DNA of 47,943 bases. Source: a bacterium (lineage in GTDB: Bacteria; Patescibacteriota; Minisyncoccia; Phycocordibacterales; UBA6899). The stretch lies in the NCBI GenBank assembly GCA_043758815.1, contig JAYVMS010000015.1:1-47943 (forward strand). Reading direction: 5' to 3'. This document shows positions 16,741 through 27,209 of the stretch, piece by piece (the first letter of the stretch is position 1; each line of letters opens with the position of its first letter). A model generated the notes under the pieces. It saw only the letters and a list, made by a program, of their open reading frames with translations, searched no databases and was not told where the DNA came from. The translations under genes and the position numbers were made by a program.

Positions 16741-19700
16741 TTATTTTCTCACTCCGAATTCTTTTCCAGGCCAGCGGTAGAATAGTACGGGTACGAGCAC
16801 TAATGTAAGGAGCATTGCGAACATAAGTCCGAACATTATTGAATATGCCAAAGGTCCCCAAAGTGGTGACGCAGTCGTAAGTGGTATCATGCCGATAGCT
16901 GTGGTAATGGTAGTAAGGAATATTGGACGCAAGCGAACTGCCGATCCTTCGATGATGACATCGCGTAGTGACTTGCCGTGATTAGCTTCATCACGAAGCA
17001 TGCGTATAACTGAATCGAGCAAGATTATGGCGTGGTTGATAATAACCCCCGCCAAGGCTATGACCCCCAAGACCGAAGAGAATGAGAGGGTTTGACCTGA
17101 AAGTGCTAGACCCGCAAGCACGCCAATAAGTGAAAGCGGGATGACCATAATGAGGTAGATAGGGAAGCGAAACGAGTTGAACTCAAGCACCATGATAGCG
17201 AGCGTGAGCATGATGCCGGCTATGAGCGCGAGACCCATTTCCTTAAATGACTTATTCACGTCTTCTGTTTCTCCCGCATAATCCACGGTAACACCCTCAG
17301 GAAGACCGAGCTCAGCCGGTGCGCGCTTCTTAAACTCGTTCGTAAGGTCAATTGCAGTGAATTTGGGCTTTACGCTTGAAGTCACGGTGGCAATGCGCTT
17401 TCTGTTCTCGTGGCTTATCGCAGCACGGCTTTGGCTGACGTTGGCGGTAATGACAGAACCCATAAGCACCATTCCTCCTTGGGTAGCGATGGGTATCTGG
17501 CGAATACTGTCGATAGTCGTTTTGATAGTATCTTCTGGATTTACAAAGTTAGGGTTAAGATCGAGCTTCACCACAACATCCGTATCTTTCTGCTGTTTCT
17601 TGATGGTTGTTGCGATGGTACCTGAGACCGCAGTGCGAAGTATCTGCGCGACCTGTGCCGCACTTACTCCCACCTGTGCAGCCTTGTCGCGGTCAATGAC
17701 TATCTCGAATTGAGTGCCATTATCGCGAAGTGAGGTTTGCACATCGAGCGTGCCGTTTATCTTATTGAGTAAGCGCTCAGCATTATCTGCGGCGATACCA
17801 AGCTTATCGAGATCATCACCAACGAACTTTATCTGTATTGGCGCACCTGAAGGCGGGCCACCTGCAGCTTGTTCGACACGCACATCGGCGGAGGTTATGG
17901 GTGCGAGCTTTCTGCGCAAGTCTTCCATCACAAAGGTGGAGTCTTTAACTCGACCCTTTTTCAATATGACGGTGATATTTGCGAGCTTAGAAGCAGACCC
18001 AGGGCCAGCCTGATCAAAGCTTGAGCTCTGACCCACGGTAGTGACGAACGATTCGGCATAGGGGTAGTCATAAAGCATCTCTTCAACCTCGCGAGTGGCA
18101 AGATCAGTAACTTCAAGTGGAGTACCCTGCGGTTTCTCTATCTGAATGTAAACAAAATCCTGATCGCTTCCAGGGAAGAACTTCACTTTTACAAAGCCGA
18201 GCACGGGAAGCATAACTGCAGCCACAAGTCCGAGTGCCATAAGCCCCATGAAGATATTCTGTGTGCGCTTGCTGTCAAAAATACGACCGAGAAATGCCTT
18301 GTACCACGTCTTTGATATCTCAGTATAGTGCTCCTGCATATCCTCGAACTTACTCTTGTGGTCTTTTGTGAAGATCACCGCGAGAAGTGGCACCATTCCA
18401 AGAGCGACGAATATCGAGGCGACGAGAACAAAGATAATCGTAAAGGGGATAGATGAAACGAACTTTCCGACGATACCGGTTAAGAAAAAGAGCGGAAAGA
18501 AGAACGCTACCGTTGCCATCGTTCCTGCGATAAGCGGCCATGCATATTCATCAATAGATGCTATCGCGGCTTTCTCCGCACTCCCATATATCTTTATCCT
18601 CGTATGTATCGCCTCAGTCACAACGATGCCCGAGTCTACGAGAATACCAATCGCCAGAATGAGCGAAAAAAGCGAAATAAAATTAATGGTATTGCCTGAG
18701 GCATAAAGACCAATGAATGCGATAACAAATGACAGCGGTATGGAAAGTGCTGCAACTACAGACTCTCTCCATCCAATAGTGAGAAAAAGCATAAGCATGA
18801 CCAACGCGACAGTTTCGAGGCCGACTTTTGTCAGCTCACGAAGATCCTTCGTCACGAGTGCACCGCGATCAAATGAGACGACAACGTTTGCGCCCGTAAG
18901 CATCGTACTTTTGAGTTCTGTGATGCGATTTTCTACATCACTTGTTATTTTGGTCACATCACCACCGGTCTTTTTGTAGACATAGAAAGTAATCGCTTGA
19001 GAACCAGGGGCACCCTCGACGCTTACGCGCGAATATGACTTGGGTACTTCGAGTCCGTCAGAAATGAAAGCAATATCACGAAGATATACAGGTACACCTC
19101 CCGCGGATGAGATCTCGATATCAGGTATCTGTGAAGGTGTATCGATGGAACCAGCAAATTTAATAGGATAGCTTACGTCTGCGACAGTAATGTCGCCAAT
19201 AGGAAATGATGCATTTGCAGCCTGAAGTGCCGCGGTCACCTGATCTATGCGAAGTCCGTACTTTTGCAATGCTTCTTTTTTTAGGATAACCTGTACTTCT
19301 TTGGCGCGAGTACCACTCACTGTCACCTTCGAAACACCTTTTATCTTTTTCAGTTCATCCTTTATGTTATCACCCAATCCCGCGAGTTCACCCTGTGGGC
19401 GATCGACGGAGACGGAAACGATGAGAATAGGCTGATCGGCAAAGTTAACCTTGATAACTGTTGGCTGCTCGGCTTCTTTGGGGAAATCTACTTTTGCTCT
19501 ATCTACGGCATCTTTAAGATTCTGGATTGACTTGTCGATATTTGCGCTTGCGGTGAACTGGGCGGTCACCACTGAGACTCCATCACGCGAGGAAGAGGTG
19601 ACCTTGTCGATATCTTCGAGATTTGCGGCCTCATCCTCCAGCTTATTGGTAATGAGCTTTTCGGTGTCTTCTGCGGATGCACCACGAAGTACGGTGCTGA

Positions 19701-19842
19701 CAACACCAATGGGGACGATGACCTCGGGCGCAGATTCCTTAGGAATACTCACCAGTGAATAAAGCCCCATTACCGTAAGCGAAAACATGAGCATGTAGGT
19801 GAATGCTCGACGCTTGAGAAAAAAGTTCCAGAGTGGGTGCAT
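16741..19842 (-). CDS. RND-superfamily efflux transporter (AcrB/AcrD/AcrF-like)
   Basis: 1033 aa with the 12-transmembrane, two-large-loop architecture and typical AcrB-family sequence blocks. Confidence 0.9.
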   Translation of the reverse strand: MHPLWNFFLKRRAFTYMLMFSLTVMGLYSLVSIPKESAPEVIVPIGVVSTVLRGASAEDTEKLITNKLEDEAANLEDIDKVTSSSRDGVSVVTAQFTASANIDKSIQNLKDAVDRAKVDFPKEAEQPTVIKVNFADQPILIVSVSVDRPQGELAGLGDNIKDELKKIKGVSKVTVSGTRAKEVQVILKKEALQKYGLRIDQVTAALQAANASFPIGDITVADVSYPIKFAGSIDTPSQIPDIEISSAGGVPVYLRDIAFISDGLEVPKSYSRVSVEGAPGSQAITFYVYKKTGGDVTKITSDVENRITELKSTMLTGANVVVSFDRGALVTKDLRELTKVGLETVALVMLMLFLTIGWRESVVAALSIPLSFVIAFIGLYASGNTINFISLFSLILAIGILVDSGIVVTEAIHTRIKIYGSAEKAAIASIDEYAWPLIAGTMATVAFFFPLFFLTGIVGKFVSSIPFTIIFVLVASIFVALGMVPLLAVIFTKDHKSKFEDMQEHYTEISKTWYKAFLGRIFDSKRTQNIFMGLMALGLVAAVMLPVLGFVKVKFFPGSDQDFVYIQIEKPQGTPLEVTDLATREVEEMLYDYPYAESFVTTVGQSSSFDQAGPGSASKLANITVILKKGRVKDSTFVMEDLRRKLAPITSADVRVEQAAGGPPSGAPIQIKFVGDDLDKLGIAADNAERLLNKINGTLDVQTSLRDNGTQFEIVIDRDKAAQVGVSAAQVAQILRTAVSGTIATTIKKQQKDTDVVVKLDLNPNFVNPEDTIKTTIDSIRQIPIATQGGMVLMGSVITANVSQSRAAISHENRKRIATVTSSVKPKFTAIDLTNEFKKRAPAELGLPEGVTVDYAGETEDVNKSFKEMGLALIAGIMLTLAIMVLEFNSFRFPIYLIMVIPLSLIGVLAGLALSGQTLSFSSVLGVIALAGVIINHAIILLDSVIRMLRDEANHGKSLRDVIIEGSAVRLRPIFLTTITTAIGMIPLTTASPLWGPLAYSIMFGLMFAMLLTLVLVPVLFYRWPGKEFGVRK

Positions 19843-19843
19843 A

Positions 19844-21436
19844 TTATTTGCTCAATGTTATCGCCTGGCCATTTTTTAAGCCTCTTGCATCAGTTACTAT
19901 TTCCATATCGGGAGTTAGGCCCTCTATGATCTCTATTTGATCTCCGAGAAGTTTTCCCTCTTTAACTGGGTGTGCGATAAGCGTACTCGATGTGCTTACA
20001 GTGAACACCTGTGAACCGAGCGGGGTGATCTTGAGTGCAGAAAGTGGTATCTGGATATTCTTATTATTCGTGGTAGCGACCACGTGCACGCGAGTCGCAT
20101 CAATGCGTACAGACTGGCCGTTGATAAGCGCATTCTGAGAGCCAAGTATACCGATGCGTATCTCTATCTTCTTTGTCTTTGGATCAATTGCGTGTGCAAT
20201 ACTCGTAATGACTCCTCCGACACTCCCTTCGATTGTTACTTTGCTTCCCACCCTGAGCACCGTCGCATCTTCAAGTGTCGCATACGCAACTACTTCAAGT
20301 GCGCCGTTATTTGAGACGACTGCAACCTCGCCGAATGGGGGAATAAAGTCGCCAGTATGGACAGATATCGAGTTGACGGTGCCGCTTATGGGACTACGGA
20401 TTATTGTACTTTCAAGCCGAGCCAGAGCAGCCTGAAGCAATCCTAATGCAGACTTAAGCGACGCGTCTGTCGAGGCGGTGCTACCTGTATTGCTCTGCTC
20501 GAGGCTCTTTTGAGCAACCTTACTACCTACGATACTCGCACTTAGTGCTGTGCCACTTAGGGCAATGGTAGTGAGTGATCCTCCGACTGAGGTGCGAGCA
20601 AGACTGGTGTTTGTCTTATATCCTTCAATGGTCGCTTGTGAAGCACTATTATCAGGAATCGCATGATTGAGTGCAAGCGAAAGATCGTCAAGATAGGTCT
20701 TCACTATATTTGCCTCATTCTCGAGTGTATTGAGTTCAGAGACAAGATCATCACTCTCAGTTAGGGTACGATTGCGCATTTCACGGGCAACAAGTAGTGA
20801 CTCAATGTTCTGGTGTTCGCCCTCAAGCGCAATCACGAGTTTTGCATCAGAAACTGAGACCACGAACTTGGCTTCGCGTGTTTGCGGATTGGAGAACTGA
20901 CCATCAGTTTTTGTGCGAACAGCGTCGTCTAAGGTCACATATACAGTCTTTATTGTGTTTAGTGCTTGTGTCTTTGCATTTGCAAGTGAGGTGTCTGACG
21001 ATCCGGTATTTATCTCTGCTATGTTTGTAGAAATTGCAGCTATACCTTGACCTGCCTTTGCGGCATCATATGCACCTTGAGCTTGCACGACCGAGGCACG
21101 CTCTGCACTATTGTCGAATTCTGCGATGACATCGCTAGCGTGAACATAATCACCGAGTTTTTTATATACAGCAACAAGTCGTCCTGAGGACTCTGCGCGA
21201 ATATCTGCTTCGCTTTTTGATGAGACAGTTCCGAGGAGTGGAAGTGGGGAAGAGACCTGAGATAGGGTGGCGACTGACGCTACCGCAATCGCCCTATCGG
21301 CCTTAATGACCCCCATTTCGCCGGCAGACGAACTGCTGTTGTATCTCCAGATGAGAATACCGCCGACAACAAGTACGATCACTATGATAACTTTTGTTTT
21401 CATTCCTTTCATTTTGCTTGGCATATGTGAACTCAT
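19844..21436 (-). CDS. Efflux adaptor / membrane-fusion protein (HlyD/RND MFP family), unusually long
   Basis: N-terminal membrane anchor, lipoyl-like and beta-barrel segments, and a long helical insert. Its stop lies 1 nt from the RND gene start. Confidence 0.75.
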   Translation of the reverse strand: MSSHMPSKMKGMKTKVIIVIVLVVGGILIWRYNSSSSAGEMGVIKADRAIAVASVATLSQVSSPLPLLGTVSSKSEADIRAESSGRLVAVYKKLGDYVHASDVIAEFDNSAERASVVQAQGAYDAAKAGQGIAAISTNIAEINTGSSDTSLANAKTQALNTIKTVYVTLDDAVRTKTDGQFSNPQTREAKFVVSVSDAKLVIALEGEHQNIESLLVAREMRNRTLTESDDLVSELNTLENEANIVKTYLDDLSLALNHAIPDNSASQATIEGYKTNTSLARTSVGGSLTTIALSGTALSASIVGSKVAQKSLEQSNTGSTASTDASLKSALGLLQAALARLESTIIRSPISGTVNSISVHTGDFIPPFGEVAVVSNNGALEVVAYATLEDATVLRVGSKVTIEGSVGGVITSIAHAIDPKTKKIEIRIGILGSQNALINGQSVRIDATRVHVVATTNNKNIQIPLSALKITPLGSQVFTVSTSSTLIAHPVKEGKLLGDQIEIIEGLTPDMEIVTDARGLKNGQAITLSK

Positions 21437-21463
21437 GATGATGGGTAAATTGCAATACTAATT

Positions 21464-21931
21464 TTATTTTTCATTTTGTGAGACCAATTTCTCGAGAACA
21501 GTGTCGAATGCTTTCGTGATAAGCATTCGATCCTTTACGGGTATCACTTCAAAGATATTTTTAAGCTCAAACTCTATTACCCTATGGGTATTTGTAAATT
21601 CTTTAACTCCCTTCGGTGTGAGTGCGAGAATGTGCTTTCTGCGATTGTCGGGGTCTTCCTTTCTTGTGAGTATGCCATCTTTGGAAAGGCTGTTGATGTG
21701 CCTGCTCACCGTCGCCTCTGTCAGATGGAGATAGTCAGCAATGTCGCTTTGCGAAGCATGACCTTTGCAATGCAGAGGTAGAAGGATGAGGAATTGCGAG
21801 AAGCTGATGTTTCCGACCTTTTGCAGCTTATGCTCAAGTTTCTTCTGAACTAAAAAATAAGTTTGATGGATGCTATACATGAAGCTTTTGCTCCAATCCA
21901 AGCTATCTCCTGTCTTGTTGACGAGTTTCAT
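21464..21931 (-). CDS. MarR-family transcriptional regulator
   Basis: Winged-helix core QSDIADYLHLTEATVSRHINSLSKDGILTRKEDPDNRR. Confidence 0.85.
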   Translation of the reverse strand: MKLVNKTGDSLDWSKSFMYSIHQTYFLVQKKLEHKLQKVGNISFSQFLILLPLHCKGHASQSDIADYLHLTEATVSRHINSLSKDGILTRKEDPDNRRKHILALTPKGVKEFTNTHRVIEFELKNIFEVIPVKDRMLITKAFDTVLEKLVSQNEK

Positions 21932-21940
21932 AAAATGTAT

Positions 21941-21954
21941 CTTAGCAGACTAAG
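21941..21954. promoter_or_regulatory. Candidate MarR operator palindrome
   Basis: cttag-caga-ctaag inverted repeat 10 nt upstream of the marR start codon. Confidence 0.3.
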
Positions 21955-22040
21955 TGTTAGTAAGTCAAGAAAAATGGCTAACCTTTTTGGCCCTCATGAT
22001 ATGCTCATGAAGTAGATTACTTCTGTCTCTGCGCTTTGGT

Positions 22041-23522
22041 TTATAGCTTCTCGAGCTGCTGACCTTCTGGGGTATCCTTTACCTCATAGCCGTGTTCGCG
22101 GATGACACTGCGCAAACGATCTGACTCAGCAAAGTTTTTCGCATCGCGTGCCGATCTTCGTTCGAGCAGTAATGCTGTTACATCTGGAGGAAAGAGTAGA
22201 TGTTTTACAGAATTGTATTTTTCCTCAAGCCCTAGACCGAGAACCGTGTCAAAATAAAAAATGGTTGCGATTTTATCTCCATTGCTCACCTTAGTGTCTT
22301 TAAGGAGATCCCATACTAGGGCGAGTGCTGAGGCTGTGTTCAGATCATCATCTATGAATTTCTTGAAGTCCTCTATGTATCGCTCATTAGGTATACCTAT
22401 CGTGTCGCCTAAATTAACGAGCATATTTGAAAGACGAAGATACGCCGTTGCCGCAGCATTAAGTGACTCCCAAGTAAAATTGAGCTGTGTGCGATAGTGC
22501 GCGGTGAGGAGCCAGTAGCGATAGTCGAGCGGGTGTAAGCTGTGCTTGGCAAAGTCATCGAGTCTGTAAGTATTGCCTAATGATTTGGACATCTTTTGTC
22601 CATCAACATTCATGAACGCAGAATGCATCCAGACATTCGCGAGTGGTACTCCATTCGCTGACTCGCTCTGGGCAATTTCGTTCGTATGATGTACAGGAAT
22701 GTGATCGATGCCACCGGTATGAATATCAATGGTTTCTCCTAGGCAGGCTTTGATTATTGCTGAGCATTCAAGGTGCCATCCGGGAAAACCTATTTTTTCA
22801 CAATCAGGAATTCCTTGTTCAAAATTAAAATTATTCCATGTCGCACTAAATTCTTTTGGATTCCATTCTTGCTCACGTTTTACTCCATCACTCGGAGAGA
22901 ACCTCCAAAGGGCAAAATCTGACGCCATTGTTTTATTAAAATTTTTCTGTACTCGAATACCTTCTTCTTGTCCTTGAATATTTAGATGAGCAAAGTGTGA
23001 ATAGGCATGCGCCTCTTTATCTCCATGCAAAGTTTCTACTTCCCATTGACGTGAGGTATCAAAATAAATCCCATCTTCGGTGGCATATGCGCGCTTTTTC
23101 TCAAAGAGAATATTGATTAGTGCAATTTGCTCTTTTATGTATTCTGTTGCACGGGGGTATTGCGATGCCTTTTGAATATTAAGTGCCGCAAGGTCGCGGT
23201 AGAATGCCTCTGAGTAGCGGGTGATGATATCTTCGATGCTTTTGCCTTCACGTTTGGCGCCTACCACCATCTTATCTTCGCCTTCGTCGCCGTCTGAAAC
23301 CAAGTGTCCGACATCAGTAATGTTCACTACTTGCTTTACGCTATATCCACCCATTTCAAGCGTGCGCCGCAAAACATCAGCGAATACATATGCGCGGAGA
23401 TTCCCTATGTGTGCGTAGTTATAGACCGTAGGGCCACAGTTATACATCGCCACTTGATGTTCATTCTGAGGTGTAAAATGCTCAAGTTTTCGAGTAGCGG
23501 TGTTGTAAAGCTTAAGAAGCAT
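22041..23522 (-). CDS. cysS: Cysteinyl-tRNA synthetase
   Basis: HIGNLRAY (HIGH) and KMSKS motifs, with CysRS-typical length. Confidence 0.95.
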   Translation of the reverse strand: MLLKLYNTATRKLEHFTPQNEHQVAMYNCGPTVYNYAHIGNLRAYVFADVLRRTLEMGGYSVKQVVNITDVGHLVSDGDEGEDKMVVGAKREGKSIEDIITRYSEAFYRDLAALNIQKASQYPRATEYIKEQIALINILFEKKRAYATEDGIYFDTSRQWEVETLHGDKEAHAYSHFAHLNIQGQEEGIRVQKNFNKTMASDFALWRFSPSDGVKREQEWNPKEFSATWNNFNFEQGIPDCEKIGFPGWHLECSAIIKACLGETIDIHTGGIDHIPVHHTNEIAQSESANGVPLANVWMHSAFMNVDGQKMSKSLGNTYRLDDFAKHSLHPLDYRYWLLTAHYRTQLNFTWESLNAAATAYLRLSNMLVNLGDTIGIPNERYIEDFKKFIDDDLNTASALALVWDLLKDTKVSNGDKIATIFYFDTVLGLGLEEKYNSVKHLLFPPDVTALLLERRSARDAKNFAESDRLRSVIREHGYEVKDTPEGQQLEKL

Positions 23523-23646
23523 GATTAAAGCATAATATACTTAGTCATAATTATGAAATATGCTCACCGCTAGTGAATTTTTCCCTTTGTAAAATATTCG
23601 CTCATCGACGGAAAGAATGAACGTACCTTGAAAAAAAATATGGAAC

Positions 23647-24576
23647 CTATAACCACTTTTTGTAACGGAAGAAAATGAATGTGGTAATCGGGACAATGAA
23701 CATAATCCCGAGTATGATCCAGAAATCATGAGCCGTCCCTATAATTGGGGTATCGTGCGTTGACATCGCAAAGATTTGACTAATAAGCCCAGCAGGAGCG
23801 ACGAGGAATGCTGTTGCGGTAAGAACCTTCATGATCTCGTTCGTTTTTGTTGTAAGCAAAGAATCATTGGTCGAGCGAAGATCATTCAATACCTCTTTTT
23901 GGTCTTCGAGCATCTCTTCGACTTTGTAGTATTCGCCGATGATGTCATCGGTATAATGACGAAAATCCTTTCCAAAGAATTCTTCGCAAGCAATACCCAG
24001 AGAATGAAGCACGCCCTTGTGTAGTCGAAGCGCACGATGAAATGCGAGCAAATCACGATGTACCGCAGAGAGCGAAATAACCATCTCACGCTCTTGTCCG
24101 TGGAAGATGCGCTCTTCCACTTCGCGTAATTTTTCACCAATGATTGAGAGCTCATGACCGAGAGAAGCATAGATCTTTCGTATCATATAGAAAAAGAGGA
24201 ATCCAGCATGTTCGCCGATCTCGCTCTTATTGAGGATAGAATTCACCTCAAAGACCTTTGAAAACTTGTGCAATGGGTCCAAGAGTTCATAACGCACAGT
24301 GATGATGAATTTTTTGCCGATAATAAAGTCTACTTCCTGATTTGAGTTGCTGTGACTGTGGCGGATAGCCGGGAAATGGAGAATGAGGTAGATGAAGTTC
24401 TCGTAATGGTCGACCTTGGGGCGCAAGGAAGGAGTGAGAAGTTCGTCGGCAACTATCGGATGAATGTCGAATTCTTCCATGATCTGACGGACCTCTTCGT
24501 GCGAGGGACGCTCCATGTCGATCCAAGTAAGATCGCGATAATTATAACGATTAATCATATGCTTATTATAACTCAT
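23647..24576 (-). CDS. CorA-family divalent cation channel-like protein with a non-canonical AMS in place of GMN
   Basis: CorA-like C-terminus (KVLTATAFLVAPAGLISQIFAMS...two transmembrane helices...FRYKKWL). Confidence 0.7.
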   Translation of the reverse strand: MSYNKHMINRYNYRDLTWIDMERPSHEEVRQIMEEFDIHPIVADELLTPSLRPKVDHYENFIYLILHFPAIRHSHSNSNQEVDFIIGKKFIITVRYELLDPLHKFSKVFEVNSILNKSEIGEHAGFLFFYMIRKIYASLGHELSIIGEKLREVEERIFHGQEREMVISLSAVHRDLLAFHRALRLHKGVLHSLGIACEEFFGKDFRHYTDDIIGEYYKVEEMLEDQKEVLNDLRSTNDSLLTTKTNEIMKVLTATAFLVAPAGLISQIFAMSTHDTPIIGTAHDFWIILGIMFIVPITTFIFFRYKKWL

Positions 24577-24667
24577 ATACTCTGATATGCCAGATGGTCG
24601 GTGTGTTCATCTCAACTAAATTCTATTGGGTTTGACCCGTATGCAGATGTTTGGGATAATAAGCGAC

Positions 24668-26032
24668 ATGAAATTTACTTGGGTGAAGAGCAACAGCCGA
24701 CTTATTCTTAGCGTGGTCTTTGGCGTACTGTTATTCATTGCGGGAGTGCATTACGGATACAACAACCGCCCCGAAATAGATAAGGTTGTTGGCGCTATCC
24801 ATACATCTGAGAATGCATCCGATACTCCGATCGCACTCGAAACATGTATCGACGCAAAAGGTGCGGAGGTTCCTTGCTTACTGAGCCGCGACGAGGTCAA
24901 AGCCAAAAGTGTGGAAGCTGCTGACTTTGACCAATTTTGGAAAGTATGGAATATCATCAACGATAAATACGTACCCACCAAACACAAAGCAGTCTCTAAT
25001 CAGGAGAAGGTTTGGGGCGCTATTGGCGGCCTCGCCAGCTCACTTGGGGATCCGTACACATATTTCATGCCTCCACAGGAAAAATCCCTATTTGAACAAG
25101 ATGTGACAGGCACCTTTGGTGGAGTCGGAATGCAGATCGGTGTAAAGAACGGACTACTTACGGTTATTGCGCCACTTAAGGGCTCGCCCGCAGAGAAAGC
25201 TGGAATAAAGAAGGGTGACATTGTCTTCCGTATTGACAGTGCAACCACGACCAACATGGACGTAGATAAGGCGCTTTATCTTATTCGAGGTCAGATCGGC
25301 AAGCCCGTTCGTCTTTCGCTTATCCGCGAAGGAGTGAAAGAACCCTTCGATATATCGGTTGTCCGCCAAGTCATACAGGTGCCTACCATAGACACTGAGA
25401 AGCGCGGTGATGTGTTCATCATTCGCCTCTATGGCTTCCCGGCAACAGGCGCTGATCTCTTCCGTGGTGCACTGCGAGAATTCGTTCAGTCGGGCTCAAG
25501 TAAACTCGTTGTTGATGTTCGCGGCAATCCTGGAGGATACCTTGAGGTAGCCGTCGATATCGCAAGTTGGTTCTTGCCACAAGGACAGGTTGTCGTAAGC
25601 GAAGAAGAGAAGAACGGGGTAGGGCAGGTATACCGCAGCAAAGGCTACAACGTATTTGGTGACAAATTCCACATGGTCATGCTTATTGATGGTGGATCCG
25701 CTTCTGCAGCAGAGATTTTGGCAGGCGCACTTGAGCAGCACGGAGTGGCGACTCTTGTGGGGAGCAAATCATTCGGCAAAGGTTCCGTTCAAGAACTCAT
25801 ACCAATTACCCCAGATACCTCACTTAAGGTGACCATTGCGAGATGGATAACCCCGAACGGTACCAACCTTTCTGACGGCGGACTTGATCCAAACATGAAG
25901 GTTGAGCTCACCAAGGATGACGTCGACCACGCCAAAGACCCGCAACTCGATAAGGCGATAGAACTTCTCCATTCAGGAAAGTTCCCACCGAAGCAGACAG
26001 CAAGCAGCACCTCGGTTTCTGTCAATAAATAG
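24668..26032 (+). CDS. Carboxy-terminal processing protease (peptidase S41) with a PDZ domain
   Basis: PDZ (GSPAEKAGIKKGD), VDVRGNPGGYL and the SASAAEI context. The start is ambiguous (24641 or 24668). Confidence 0.85.
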   Translation: MKFTWVKSNSRLILSVVFGVLLFIAGVHYGYNNRPEIDKVVGAIHTSENASDTPIALETCIDAKGAEVPCLLSRDEVKAKSVEAADFDQFWKVWNIINDKYVPTKHKAVSNQEKVWGAIGGLASSLGDPYTYFMPPQEKSLFEQDVTGTFGGVGMQIGVKNGLLTVIAPLKGSPAEKAGIKKGDIVFRIDSATTTNMDVDKALYLIRGQIGKPVRLSLIREGVKEPFDISVVRQVIQVPTIDTEKRGDVFIIRLYGFPATGADLFRGALREFVQSGSSKLVVDVRGNPGGYLEVAVDIASWFLPQGQVVVSEEEKNGVGQVYRSKGYNVFGDKFHMVMLIDGGSASAAEILAGALEQHGVATLVGSKSFGKGSVQELIPITPDTSLKVTIARWITPNGTNLSDGGLDPNMKVELTKDDVDHAKDPQLDKAIELLHSGKFPPKQTASSTSVSVNK

Positions 26033-26200
26033 AAAATACGCTCTTCTGGCGCTAATTCGGGGTTGCCTTTTTAAGCCATATCCGTATAATAAGCGACACG
26101 CAGTTAGGTGGATTGGTTCAGACAATTTACCTATTTACCAAAGAGACCGCTCACTAATTAGGTCTCACAGGATGTCTTATACGAACTAAATACGTATTGT

Positions 26201-26644
26201 ATGAAAGTAATATTATTGTCAGACGTCAAGAACGTCGGAAAGAAGTACGACCTTGTCGACGTAGCACCAGGATATGCGCGCAATTTTTTGCTTGCAAAGG
26301 AGCTCGCAGAGGCAGTTACCAAATCAAATGCAAAGCGCGTTGCCGATCTTGGCAAGAAGCGTATGGTGGAGACAAAGCGCCAAGAGGAATTGCTTGAGAA
26401 AGCATTCACAGGCGTAAGCAGAGCTACCATCACACTTAAGCACACCGCAAACGAAGAGGGCCATCTATACGCTGGCGTCACCGCAGAAGATCTCGCTCTT
26501 GAGCTCAGTAAGGCTATTGGCGCATCAGTCGGTGTACAGCACATTGTTCTCGAGAAGCCACTCAAGGAGGTAGGTGAATTCAGTATCACCGCAGAGGTTG
26601 GAGGTAAGAAAGCGGAATTCAAGGTCATCATCGAAGCCAAGTAA
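26201..26644 (+). CDS. rplI: 50S ribosomal protein L9
   Basis: MKVILLSDVKNVGKKYDLVDVAPGYARNFL is a typical L9 N-terminus. Confidence 0.9.
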   Translation: MKVILLSDVKNVGKKYDLVDVAPGYARNFLLAKELAEAVTKSNAKRVADLGKKRMVETKRQEELLEKAFTGVSRATITLKHTANEEGHLYAGVTAEDLALELSKAIGASVGVQHIVLEKPLKEVGEFSITAEVGGKKAEFKVIIEAK

Positions 26645-26707
26645 GACTATCGGGTGCTCATTTTCAAAAACACGCTTTCAATCCGCCCCAGCCGGCGGAT
26701 TGTTGCT

Positions 26708-26775
26708 CCTCTCGATACGCCAACTTTGCGCAAAGCCGCAAAGACCATGCTTGGCGTATCTGTGAGAGGTTTTTG
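26708..26775 (+). terminator. Long-stem intrinsic terminator after rplI
   Basis: cctctcgatacgccaa ... ttggcgtatctgtgagagg followed by TTTTT. A smaller 9-bp hairpin lies at 26679-26702. Confidence 0.5.
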
Positions 26776-26822
26776 AGAAATGACACCCTAGCGGGAAGTA
26801 AAATGCGGCGAGTCTTAATCAC

Positions 26823-26854
26823 AAAAAAACATCCGCGAGTGCGGATGTTTTTTT
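26823..26854. terminator. Bidirectional intrinsic terminator
   Basis: An A-run, then acatccgc-gagt-gcggatgt, then a T-run. Confidence 0.7.
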
Positions 26855-26887
26855 GTATCTTTAGTTTAGAACTGAATTTATTGAAAA

Positions 26888-27166
26888 CTATGCAATGACT
26901 ACTGATGCCATCTTGCGAGTTACCATTTTGCCGTCGAAGCGAGTCTTGCGCACGGTCTTGTATGCCACCTTTCCATCCTTAACAGAATAGAGAGTGTGGT
27001 CCTTTCCTACCTTTACATTAGCTCCGGGGACTGTTCGGGTGCCGCGCTGGCGAACGATAATCATGCCTTTGCCGACCTTCTGTCCGTCATGAAGTTTAAT
27101 GCCGAGATACTTCGGTTGTGAGTCTCGATTATTTTTGGTTGAACCACCTGATTTTTTTGTTGACAT
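26888..27166 (-). CDS. rpmA: 50S ribosomal protein L27
   Basis: [21 protein letters not shown]...IIVRQRGTR...PG.NVGKDHTL motif series. Confidence 0.9.
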   Translation of the reverse strand: MSTKKSGGSTKNNRDSQPKYLGIKLHDGQKVGKGMIIVRQRGTRTVPGANVKVGKDHTLYSVKDGKVAYKTVRKTRFDGKMVTRKMASVVIA

Positions 27167-27209
27167 GGTCTATTGATTATACGTAATATGTCTAGATAAA
27201 CTCTAGGTA

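Noticed and set aside
16250-16861. The full-length 203-aa ORF overlapping the 3' end of the RND gene.
   Set aside because: Its upstream 58 codons overlap the RND coding region and the terminator at 16701-16730. It was trimmed to the ATG at 16687.
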